A DNA stretch of 17,874 nt from Candidatus Fermentibacteraceae bacterium (GTDB taxonomy: Bacteria > Fermentibacterota > Fermentibacteria > Fermentibacterales > JCC-6): the NCBI GenBank assembly GCA_041686025.1, contig JAWLEP010000048.1:1-17874 (forward strand), read 5' to 3'. A program made the position numbers and the translations under genes. Below are positions 7,623 through 15,545 of the stretch, piece after piece; position 1 is the stretch's first letter; every line of letters starts with the position of its first letter. The notes under the pieces are model-generated. The model did not search any database. It was not told where the DNA came from and was given only the letters and a program-made list of their open reading frames with translations.

Positions 7623-8368
7623 CGAATCCTGGCCAGCCCCTCCTCCACCGACCGCTCCTGCTCGGGGCTGAGATCGCACTCGTCCCTGGCCCTCCGGTAG
7701 AGCCTGTCGGCGGAGAACTCGTTGCCCTGGGCGTAGTTGGACTTCGCCATCTGTATGAGGATGTCGGCCTTCCAGTCGGTCTCCCCGTAGCGGCTCATGG
7801 CCTCGTTGAGGTAGAGCAGGGCGGCGTCGTGCCTGTCCCTGCGAGCGTAGAACCTGCCGATGAACAGCGCCCTTCTGGCCAGAAGGTCGTAGATCTTCGC
7901 CCGCAGGCTGTCGGCGTCTTCCATGAGATCGGAGCCCGGGTAGCGGTCGTAGAAGGCCGCCAGCTCCGTCATGGCGCTCTCCACGGGGGTGGTGTCCTTG
8001 CGGTAGTCGCGGTGCTGGGCCCAGAAGAGCCTGGCCAGCGCCAGCTGTCCGTCGTCGGCGTAGGCGCTGCGGGGAAAGTCCCTCACCAGCCTACGCAGGC
8101 CGAACTCGGCGTCCGCCCACAGCCCCAGCTCCATCTGCGACAGGCTGAGCCTGTAGAGGTACCTGTCGGTGTGGGCCGCCCCCGGGAACCTGTACATCAG
8201 GCCTGTGTAGAGGTCCTCCGCCGCCCGGTACCTCCCGGTGGCGAAAGCCGCCTCGGCGGCCTCCTCCAGCTCCTCGCGGGTCATGTCCGTGATGTTGTAG
8301 CTTCTTCCGCAGCCGGCCGCAACGGCCAGCAGCAGGATCGAAGCTGCCATGAGTGTGGTGCGGATCAT
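7619..8368 (-). CDS. bamD: Outer membrane protein assembly factor BamD (YfiO-type TPR lipoprotein)
   Basis: Lipobox AAG-C. TPR helices with RFPG, FPRSAYADD, DYRKDTT, RYPGS, LARRALFIGRFY, AALLY, typical of BamD. Confidence 0.85.
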   Translation of the reverse strand: MIRTTLMAASILLLAVAAGCGRSYNITDMTREELEEAAEAAFATGRYRAAEDLYTGLMYRFPGAAHTDRYLYRLSLSQMELGLWADAEFGLRRLVRDFPRSAYADDGQLALARLFWAQHRDYRKDTTPVESAMTELAAFYDRYPGSDLMEDADSLRAKIYDLLARRALFIGRFYARRDRHDAALLYLNEAMSRYGETDWKADILIQMAKSNYAQGNEFSADRLYRRARDECDLSPEQERSVEEGLARIR

Positions 8369-8411
8369 CCTAGAATGCCCTTCTTCGTTTCCGTGGCCTC
8401 CGCCGGGCGCG

Positions 8412-9401
8412 TCACGGCTGCACCAGGTACAGGAGGGAGTCCCTCCTGGAGGCGGCCACCTGAGACCAGTGGGTGGTGAGGCCCGGGGAGGTGTTGCACG
8501 CCCGCCTGTACCAGCGCAGGGCCTCCTCGGCGTCCCTGCTTCCCTCGGCCAGCTCGCCCATCAGCACCGCGGCCTCCACCTTCTCGCCCACGAAGTCCGA
8601 GGCCCAGACCTCCATCAGCTTCTCGCGGGCCAGCACAGTCCTGCCCGCATCCATGTCCTTGCGGGCCAGCTCCAGCAGCAGCCTCATCCGGCGCTGCCGG
8701 TTGGCCGGCCCTATCTCCCCCAGCCGGTCCAGCTCGGTGAGCACCGAGAGCTCCTCGTCCCGGCGGTCTGTGTACGGGAGCAGCCCCGCCCTGGCCCTGA
8801 GGATGCGTACCCGCAGGTCGGTGCGGGTGCGGGATATCCTGCCCAGCTCCAGCAGGTGACGCTCGGCGCAGGCGGCCAGCATGCTGTCCGCCCGTTCTGT
8901 ACCCAGCATGCTGTCGGGTGTTCCAGACACGTATCCCGTGTGCGTGCCGGCGTAGGCCCCCCGCAGCAGCCACTCCTCCTCGAAGGTCTGCGCCACCTGG
9001 TCGCTGAGCCGCATGGCCATCTCGAAGGCCTCGAAGGCCTGCAGGGAGTCCCGGTCCCGCGCCATCTCCCAGCCCAGCCTCCGCCACAGCTCCGCCCGGA
9101 GGGTGGAGTCGGTATCCTCCGGGTGCTCCTCCAGGGAGACCAGGGCCTGCTTGGCCTTCTGCCTGAACATCCGCCCCCGTTCGGCCTGGGAGGCCAGCAC
9201 CGCGGTCTCGGCGTACTCCAGCTGCAGCTCCGGCGTGCTGTCGCGGTTGGCCAGGGCCTCCTCGTAGAGCATGAGGCTGTGGGTGTACTCCCCCGCCTGG
9301 CGGAGGAGCCGGGCCTCCTCCAGGGTGTCCGACTGCGGCCCGTCGCCCCCGCAGGCCAGAACGGCCAGGAAGGCCAACAGCCCCGCCAGCCTTGGGATCA
9401 T
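8412..9401 (-). CDS. TPR-like alpha-helical lipoprotein, function unknown
   Basis: Lipobox VLA-C. TPR-like segments (GEYTHSLMLYEEAL, AFEAFEMAMRL, EEALRWYRRA). ATGA overlap with the upstream gene. Confidence 0.75.
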   Translation of the reverse strand: MIPRLAGLLAFLAVLACGGDGPQSDTLEEARLLRQAGEYTHSLMLYEEALANRDSTPELQLEYAETAVLASQAERGRMFRQKAKQALVSLEEHPEDTDSTLRAELWRRLGWEMARDRDSLQAFEAFEMAMRLSDQVAQTFEEEWLLRGAYAGTHTGYVSGTPDSMLGTERADSMLAACAERHLLELGRISRTRTDLRVRILRARAGLLPYTDRRDEELSVLTELDRLGEIGPANRQRRMRLLLELARKDMDAGRTVLAREKLMEVWASDFVGEKVEAAVLMGELAEGSRDAEEALRWYRRACNTSPGLTTHWSQVAASRRDSLLYLVQP

Positions 9402-9997
9402 TCGGCCCGGCTGGAGTAGAACAGGTATATGAGGCTGGCCACCACGCCCGATACGATAAGGGGCTCCAGTATGCCGCCCTCGCCGTCTCCTTCCATCTCC
9501 GGCGACAGCCAGGGGTCGCCCCTGCCCCCCGCCAGCTGCGACAGGTGGGAGACCGGCACCCGGTCGGACACGTCGGCCCCGTACCGGGTGGCAAGCACCA
9601 CCTGGCCCGATGGGCCCAGGAGAGTGACCGAGATCTGGCAGGTGGCGTGCCGGGCGACCTTCTTGGTGCCGATGAGCCAGGAGCGGGAAGACTCTCCGTA
9701 CCTGACCTCCAGCTCCATGGGCCGGAGCCTGAGCCGGTAGGCGGACCGGGCCGACTCATCCTCCGCCGAGTTGACGGTAATTCCACCGGCGCTCAGCTCG
9801 GAGGTGGCAGTCTGCTCCAGCAGCCACCCTCCCGCGTGATCGCCCGCCATCTCCACCACAACCGTGTCCACGCCCAGCTCGGCGAGATCGCCGGGAATCT
9901 CCGAGACCGCCTCCAGCACGGCCGCCTCGGCCAGCTCGAGGTTCGTGGGCGCCGGCATCGCCGCCAGCGCTGTCAGTACGAGTATCGATGGGATCAT
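9398..9997 (-). CDS. Hypothetical exported protein with C-terminal membrane anchor
   Basis: N-terminal signal peptide MIPSILVLTALAA; C-terminal hydrophobic segment ILEPLIVSGVVASLIYLFY; purine-rich SD (AGGGGAAGG). Confidence 0.75.
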   Translation of the reverse strand: MIPSILVLTALAAMPAPTNLELAEAAVLEAVSEIPGDLAELGVDTVVVEMAGDHAGGWLLEQTATSELSAGGITVNSAEDESARSAYRLRLRPMELEVRYGESSRSWLIGTKKVARHATCQISVTLLGPSGQVVLATRYGADVSDRVPVSHLSQLAGGRGDPWLSPEMEGDGEGGILEPLIVSGVVASLIYLFYSSRAE

Positions 9998-10058
9998 AGC
10001 CTTCCCCTGGGTCTCTTAGGGCCTTATCTGCGGGGTCGCCGGCGCTCCGGCCTCCCCT

Positions 10059-11366
10059 TCAACGGTTCGCGCCTGCCGGCCCGGCCTTCGGGCCGGGCAC
10101 GCAATGCACGAATATATCACTTCCCTCCGAGGAGATAACCTCCACCTCGGCCACCGTACCCGGGCCGGGATGCCGGCCGCGGAAGCGGCAGACGGCGTCC
10201 ACCCCCGGTGCGTCATACATGGTATGTCCCCTCCCGGCCTCGTCAACCAGAACCGCGAAGGTGCCTTCGCCGAGTACCCCGTCCCAGCGGAGCCAGGCGG
10301 CCTCCGCCACCGCCGACAGCTCCGCCAGCCTCTCCCGGACCGCTGATTCGGATGGACGGTCCCCGTCCCGGCCGTGCTCCCGGGTGCCCGGCTCGCTGTA
10401 GTAGGGAAAGGCCACCAGGTTCCTGATGGAAGGGTATTCGCCCAGAAAGTCCAGAAGCCTCCGGAAGTCCTCGCCGGTCTCGCCGGGATAGCCGGCGATC
10501 ACCGTGGCCCTCACCGCGATCCTCCTGTCGGCCGCTTCCACCCGCCGCATAATCCCCCGGAGGTGCTCCTCGCCATATGGTCTGCCCATCCGCAGCAGCA
10601 CCCGGTCGCTGGCGTGCTGCATGGGGAGGTCCAGGTAGGGCATCACGTTCTCCCTCTCCTCCATAAGGTCCAGGAGCCGCTCCGGCATGTGGGCGGGGTG
10701 TATGTAGTAGCTGCGCCACCAGATGTCCGGATGCAGCCGGGAGAGCCGATCCAGAAGGTCGGCCAGGTCGAGGCCCCCGTCCCGCCACAGGCCGCAGTCC
10801 TGCCCCACCAGGCCGATCTCGGCAGCCCCCTGTTCGGCCATTGCCTTCGCCTGCAGCAGTATGTGGTCTCGACCCACGGAAACGTAGGGGCCCCGGATGG
10901 CGGGGATGGTGCAGAAGGCGCAGCGGTTGCTGCACCCGTCGGAGATCTTCAGGTAGCGCACCACTTCCCCCTCCACCGGAAGGCGGAGATGGCCCGGGCA
11001 ATCCACGTCCAGGAAACGGGCCAGGCCGGCCAGGTCTCCGGGGCCCACCACCAGGTCCAGGTCCTCCAGGCCCCCGCTTCCGTCGTCGGCGTACCTGGCG
11101 GGAAGGCACCCGGCCAGCACCAGCCTCCGGCCGGGCTGCCGCCGTTTCCAGTCCATGGCCGAAAGCAGGTAGTCCATGGACTCCTCAACCGCCGGCCGTA
11201 TGAAGGCGCAGGTATTGACCAGCAGCAGGTCTGCGGCCTCCGGGTCGTCGGCCAGCCGCCAGCCGGCTGCGGACAGGACGGCGGCGAAGCCCTCCGTGTC
11301 GGTCTCGTTCTTGGGGCAGCCGAAGGTCACCAGGCAGGCCCGCCCCGCCCGGTCAGGGCCTGGCAA
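10059..11366 (-). CDS. rimO: Ribosomal protein S12 methylthiotransferase RimO (MiaB/RimO radical SAM)
   Basis: UPF0004 cysteines in TFGCPKN, VNTCAFI and AGCL; YLKISDGCSNRCAFCTIPAIRG (CxxxCxxC); PYLDLPMQHAS; GYPGET; TRAM-like DAPGVD. TTG start with GGAGG upstream. Confidence 0.88.
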   Translation of the reverse strand: MPGPDRAGRACLVTFGCPKNETDTEGFAAVLSAAGWRLADDPEAADLLLVNTCAFIRPAVEESMDYLLSAMDWKRRQPGRRLVLAGCLPARYADDGSGGLEDLDLVVGPGDLAGLARFLDVDCPGHLRLPVEGEVVRYLKISDGCSNRCAFCTIPAIRGPYVSVGRDHILLQAKAMAEQGAAEIGLVGQDCGLWRDGGLDLADLLDRLSRLHPDIWWRSYYIHPAHMPERLLDLMEERENVMPYLDLPMQHASDRVLLRMGRPYGEEHLRGIMRRVEAADRRIAVRATVIAGYPGETGEDFRRLLDFLGEYPSIRNLVAFPYYSEPGTREHGRDGDRPSESAVRERLAELSAVAEAAWLRWDGVLGEGTFAVLVDEAGRGHTMYDAPGVDAVCRFRGRHPGPGTVAEVEVISSEGSDIFVHCVPGPKAGPAGANR

Positions 11367-11940
11367 CCGCGTAGCCCTCCGGCACCTCCAGCCCGAAGGC
11401 GCCCTCCGGGGGCGGACCCCCGGCCCGTACCCCTTCCAGGCGGTAGGTGATGGTGTTCCCGTTGATATCGGTGGTGGCGTAGAGGAAGGGCAGGCTGTCG
11501 GAGAGGGTGTACCCCGCTCTCACTGCGGCCACTCCGCTTCCGGCCCCCTCCAGCCGCACCAGGACGCTGTCGCCACTGACCCGCACGGAGTCCACCATGG
11601 TTGAGTCGTCGTAGGAGCGGAGGGTGCCCAGGAAGCTGTCCGGGCGCCGGTCTTCGTAGATGATGACCTGGCTGGTGGCCGGCTCCACCGTGTAGCTCCG
11701 CGCGCCGTCGAAGCCGATCCTGCGGCCCTCGGGCTCGGCAAAGTCCAGCACGAAGAGGTTCGGGGGGGCCAGCAGGAAGGTGCCCCTGGTGGTGTCGGCC
11801 TCCATGGTGAGCATCAGGTAGTCGGTGCGCACGAAAGTTCCCCGCAGGGACTCCACGCTCTGCAGCCTGTGGTTCAGCGCTGCAAGCGGAGCCTCGGGCG
11901 GGACCTCCGCCAGTGCCAGCAGCAGGATCAGAAGGATCAA
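11353..11940 (-). CDS. lolA: Outer membrane lipoprotein carrier protein LolA
   Basis: Signal peptide, then SLRGTF, GTFLLAPPNLFVLDF, IGFDG, YTVEPATSQVII, DINGNTITY, F...VPEG. TTG start overlaps the upstream stop (TTGA). Near ftsK, as is common for lolA. Confidence 0.82.
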   Translation of the reverse strand: MILLILLLALAEVPPEAPLAALNHRLQSVESLRGTFVRTDYLMLTMEADTTRGTFLLAPPNLFVLDFAEPEGRRIGFDGARSYTVEPATSQVIIYEDRRPDSFLGTLRSYDDSTMVDSVRVSGDSVLVRLEGAGSGVAAVRAGYTLSDSLPFLYATTDINGNTITYRLEGVRAGGPPPEGAFGLEVPEGYAVARP

Positions 11941-12575
11941 CCTCCGCTCCCCTCGCCCCGCGGTCCGCCCGCGGCGGGCGCCGCGTCGCTGCCCACAACC
12001 AGTATCACTCCCGAGAAGCCCGGGGCCACCATCTCCGCCAGCTCTCCGGCGGGCTGGGAGGGAACTGTCTCCGGGGCGGACAGGACCCGTCCCAGGGCCC
12101 CGGTCACCCGGGCGGCGTCCTCCCCATATCCCTCGGTGTAGAGGACCAGCGTGATCTCCGGAGCCCCCTGGTCCTGGGTGCAGGAGGCTTCGAACCCCCG
12201 GGACCGCAGCGCCGACGCCAGCCTGTCGGCGGAGGCGGACAGGCCCGGCCGGGAGATCAGTGTCAGACGGGGTGCGTCGGAGGGGCTCCCGGTGCTGTCG
12301 GGGACTGAGGCGCCGGCCAGGTCCGACTCGATGCGCCTCAGGGCCAGGGAGGCGTCCTCGGCCAGAGGGGATTCGGGGTACCTCTCGCCGAAACCGGTGA
12401 GCAGCTCCCTGGCGTCTGAGAGGTTGCCGCGGAAGTAGAGCTGCGAGGCCCGGGCGAAGTCCCTGGTGTCGCCGTCCCCCCGCAGCAGGCCCTGCCGGTC
12501 GTAGTCGGAGCCGCCTCCTCCGCAGCCGGCGGCCAGCAGAACCGCGGCCAGCAGGAAGGCAGTCGCTGCTCTCAT
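11937..12575 (-). CDS. Lipoprotein with a single TPR (CpoB/YfiO-like) and a C-terminal LytR_C-like domain
   Basis: Lipobox AAG-C. FARASQLYFRGNLSDARELLTGFGERYPESPLAEDA is TPR-like. RPGLSASADRLASALRSRGF...TLVLYTEG...AARVTGALG...VILVVGSD fits the LytR_C pattern. Confidence 0.7.
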   Translation of the reverse strand: MRAATAFLLAAVLLAAGCGGGGSDYDRQGLLRGDGDTRDFARASQLYFRGNLSDARELLTGFGERYPESPLAEDASLALRRIESDLAGASVPDSTGSPSDAPRLTLISRPGLSASADRLASALRSRGFEASCTQDQGAPEITLVLYTEGYGEDAARVTGALGRVLSAPETVPSQPAGELAEMVAPGFSGVILVVGSDAAPAAGGPRGEGSGG

Positions 12576-14824
12576 TCGCCTTCACCGCCCTCTCCTTCGG
12601 TTTCCTCCTGCCCGGGTGCCGTCTCGGGCTCCGGGTCCAGCAGCACGTCTCTGGCCTTGCTCCCCTGGAAGGGGCCCACCACTCCCATCTGCTCCAGCAT
12701 GTCGATCAGCCGCGCGGCCCGGGAGTAGCCCACCCGGAGCCTCCTCTGCAGGAAGGAGACCGAGCCCTGCTGAAACTGCACCACCAGCTGCCTGGCCTCG
12801 TCCAGCAGGGGGTCGTCCAGCTTGAGGTCGCCGGTTGCGCCCTTCCCCGGGGTGTCGTCGTCCGGCGGCTCGTACTCGTAGGGCATGGACGGCTGCTCCC
12901 GCCAGAAGGCCACCAGCCGCTGCGCCTCTTCGGTGCTCAGAAAGGAGCCGTGGATGCGTATGGGCTCCGGGGACGCGGAGGGCAGGAAGAGCATGTCTCC
13001 CTTGCCCAGCAGCTTCTCCGCCCCGTTCATGTCCAGTATGGTCCGGGAGTCGGTCTTAGACTGGACGTTGAAGGCTATCCGGGAGGGGAAGTTGGCCTTT
13101 ATCACCCCAGTGATCACGTCCACGGAGGGCCTCTGCGTGGCCACTATCAGGTGGATGCCCACCGCCCTTGCCATCTGGGCAAGCCTGGCGATGGGCTGCT
13201 CCACGTCGGCTCCGGAGACCAGCATCAGGTCGGCCAGCTCGTCGATGACCACCACCACGTAGGGCATGCGCTCGTCCTCGCTGCCGGCCTTCACCTCGTT
13301 GTTGTACTCCTCTATGGTGCGGGCGCCGTCCTTGGTGAGCTTGCTGTAGCGCTCCTCCATCTCCTGCACCAGCTTCTCCAGCAGGCCCGTGGCCTTTCGC
13401 GCCTGCAGTATCACCGGGGACCAGAGGTGGGGTATGTCCTGGTACAGGGAGAGCTCCAGCATCTTGGGGTCCACCAGGGCCAGCCGCACCTCCCGGGGGT
13501 TTCGGGTCATCAGGATGGTGGAGATTATGGAGTGCAGGCAGACGCTCTTGCCGGAGCCGGTGGCCCCGGCCACCAGCAGGTGGGGCATGTCGCAGATGTC
13601 CGCCGCGAAGGCGTCGCCGCCTATGGTCTTGCCCAGGGCGATGGGCAGCCTGGAGGTATCGCACTCATCCAGTATCTCCTTGAGATATACCGTCTCCGGC
13701 TCCGCGTTGGGCACCTCGATTCCCACCACTCCCCGTCCCGGTATGGGGGCCAGTATGCGCACCCTCTTGGCCTTCATGGCCAGGGCCAGGTCGTCGGCCA
13801 GGCCCAGTATCCTGTTCACCTTGACCCCGGGGCCGGGCTTCAGCTCGAACCTGGTGAGAACCGGGCCCGGCTTGCATCCCACGATACGGCAGGGGACTCC
13901 GAACTGCTCCAGGCCGTCCACCAGCATCTCGGACCTGCGCTTCAGGTCCTCCCGGCTCTCTCCCCCTCCCCTTCTCGGGGGAGGGTCCACGAGGATGCTG
14001 CTCTCCGGCAGGGTATAGGCGTCCTCACCGTCATCGGTTCCAGCGTCGGACGCCGGGGGCCGGGGCCGGGGCTCGCTGCGGTTTTCGTGGCCGGAGTCCT
14101 TCCCGAAGCCGGGGGCCAGGCCCGATGGCGGCGCGTCCCCGCCGGCCGGGGCCGTCTCCTCCCGGGCAGACGCTTCCAGGTCCTCGGCGGGCCGCAGCGA
14201 TGGCGGCCCGTCATCGGCTGAGGGGCCGGCTGCAGACCTGGGCCTGCCCCGCCCCCCGCCGGAGACCGCCCGGCGGACCCTGAGCCTGGGCATGGAGAGC
14301 GACCCCATCCGGTCCAACAGCCTCCTCACGTCGCCCAGCAGGTCCCATCCGGTGAGCAGAACCAGGGAGGACGTGAAGAGGGTCAGCAGCGCCAGGTAGC
14401 TGATGATGGGGCCTATGGAGCCGGTGAGCATCTCCACCAGACCGGTGGCGGCCACCCCTCCGGGCGCTCCCTGCAGCGAGGGGGCCAGCCTTCGGCCCAC
14501 CATGTCCACCAGGGCGGCCAGGAAGAAGGCGGTGACGAAGCCACCGAGGAGGTACCGGAAGCCGTTGCGGAGGTAGCTTATGCCCAGCGTCCATCCGGCC
14601 AGCTGAAGGCAGGCCAGGGGGGCGAAGAAGGCCAGGGCCCCGAACCGGTGGTAGAGGAAGCCCCTCACCGCCATGGTGATCCCTATCGGCGGGGCCACCA
14701 GGGCCGCCAGGAGGGCCAGTCCCGCGAAGAGGCTCACCACGAACAGGAGGTTGCGCATCCGGTGGGAGTCCCTCTTCTTCGAGGTCTTCTTCTTTCTCCT
14801 GCTGCCGGACCGGCGTCGGCTCAT
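12572..14824 (-). CDS. ftsK: DNA translocase FtsK/SpoIIIE
   Basis: N-terminal TMs, Pro/acidic linker, GPVLTRFEL, RILAPIPG, MPHLLVAGATGSGKS, DPKMLEL, IDELADLM, LAQMARAVGIH, ATQRPSVDVITG, gamma domain LQRRLRVGYSRAARLID. Confidence 0.98.
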   Translation of the reverse strand: MSRRRSGSRRKKKTSKKRDSHRMRNLLFVVSLFAGLALLAALVAPPIGITMAVRGFLYHRFGALAFFAPLACLQLAGWTLGISYLRNGFRYLLGGFVTAFFLAALVDMVGRRLAPSLQGAPGGVAATGLVEMLTGSIGPIISYLALLTLFTSSLVLLTGWDLLGDVRRLLDRMGSLSMPRLRVRRAVSGGGRGRPRSAAGPSADDGPPSLRPAEDLEASAREETAPAGGDAPPSGLAPGFGKDSGHENRSEPRPRPPASDAGTDDGEDAYTLPESSILVDPPPRRGGGESREDLKRRSEMLVDGLEQFGVPCRIVGCKPGPVLTRFELKPGPGVKVNRILGLADDLALAMKAKRVRILAPIPGRGVVGIEVPNAEPETVYLKEILDECDTSRLPIALGKTIGGDAFAADICDMPHLLVAGATGSGKSVCLHSIISTILMTRNPREVRLALVDPKMLELSLYQDIPHLWSPVILQARKATGLLEKLVQEMEERYSKLTKDGARTIEEYNNEVKAGSEDERMPYVVVVIDELADLMLVSGADVEQPIARLAQMARAVGIHLIVATQRPSVDVITGVIKANFPSRIAFNVQSKTDSRTILDMNGAEKLLGKGDMLFLPSASPEPIRIHGSFLSTEEAQRLVAFWREQPSMPYEYEPPDDDTPGKGATGDLKLDDPLLDEARQLVVQFQQGSVSFLQRRLRVGYSRAARLIDMLEQMGVVGPFQGSKARDVLLDPEPETAPGQEETEGEGGEGE

Positions 14825-15351
14825 ACCCGGCGGACCGTGTTTCCGTCATCGTCGGCGGGAAAGGCCGGGTCCGGCTCCCAGCGGCCGTCGATGTTGTATC
14901 GGTAGACGACGGTCCTGCCCTCCTGCAGGCTCACCTCGGCCACCCAGCTGCCGTCCGGCAGCTTCTGCATGGGAGTGGCCTCCTCGCTCCATCCGTTGAA
15001 CTCCCCCACCACGGACACGTAGTCGGCGTCGGCGGCCCCCAGGCAGAGGAAGCTGACGTCCACCCGGGGGGCCAGCCTGTCCTGGATCCTGTCCTTCAGG
15101 CGGTCGTAGGCCCGGAAGGAGGGTCTGACCTTGGGGGGGATGCGGATGAGGCCGTCGCCCCTGGGATCGCGGGCCCGCCTGGACCTGCCCCGGCGGGTCT
15201 CGAAGCAGCCGAAGCCCCGGAGGAAGACGCTGTCTCCCCCGCAGAGGGTCTCGGAGATGACCTCCAGCGTCGTGTCCAGAACGGACCTGGCCTCGGTCTG
15301 GGTGAGCCCCGTCCTGTCCGCCACCTCCCGAGCGAGTTCGTCCCTGGTCAT
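14821..15351 (-). CDS. HU/IHF-family DNA-binding protein fused to a C-terminal glycogen-binding CBM48/AMPK-beta-like (E-set) domain (176 aa)
   Basis: aa 1-90 are HU-like: MTRDEL...V.LRGFGCF...RRARDP...IPPKVRPSF...LKDRI. aa 97-176 are CBM-like: VSVVGEFNGW, PMQKLPDGSW, YRYNIDGRWEPDP, DDDGN. Single uninterrupted ORF with GGAGG SD; ATGA overlap with ftsK. Confidence 0.9.
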   Translation of the reverse strand: MTRDELAREVADRTGLTQTEARSVLDTTLEVISETLCGGDSVFLRGFGCFETRRGRSRRARDPRGDGLIRIPPKVRPSFRAYDRLKDRIQDRLAPRVDVSFLCLGAADADYVSVVGEFNGWSEEATPMQKLPDGSWVAEVSLQEGRTVVYRYNIDGRWEPDPAFPADDDGNTVRRV

Positions 15352-15444
15352 GGTTCCCTCCAATGCGTTCCCGGAAAGGGGCAGCCGGATGCTTCCGTCT
15401 ATCTTTCCATTGCAACGCCGGTTGCCGGCGGGCGGCTCGTGGAC

Positions 15445-15473
15445 TCAATACAGACGGCGACCGGCCCGGTCAA
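15445..15473 (-). promoter_or_regulatory. Possible sigma70 promoter for the HU-CBM/ftsK operon
   Basis: Minus strand TTGACC, 17-nt spacer, TATTGA in the divergent intergenic region; the -10 lacks the conserved final T. Confidence 0.35.
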
Positions 15474-15506
15474 GTACGGAAGTGCCCGGAGGAGCGGGAA
15501 GGCCCT

Positions 15507-15512
15507 TATATT
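15507..15512 (+). promoter_or_regulatory. Possible -10 element for aroK
   Basis: TATATT 33 nt upstream of the aroK ATG in otherwise GC-rich DNA; no convincing -35. Confidence 0.3.
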
Positions 15513-15545
15513 GTGCTCCGTCAACGATTCGGAGGTGACCGGCGG

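Noticed and set aside
8378..8389. 12-mer AACGAAGAAGGG on the minus strand upstream of bamD, also present on the plus strand at 5-16
   Set aside because: Only two copies, in opposite orientation and in different roles (SD region versus terminator flank); chance is a sufficient explanation.
8365..9786. 473-aa alternative-frame minus-strand ORF
   Set aside because: Gly/Arg/Pro-rich off-frame translation overlapping two ORFs that have proper signal peptides and an ATGA junction.
12572..14824. Possible KOPS (GGGNAGGG) skew or dif site associated with ftsK
   Set aside because: Such octamers are expected by chance at this GC content, the cognate motif of this lineage is unknown, and no dif-like site was seen.
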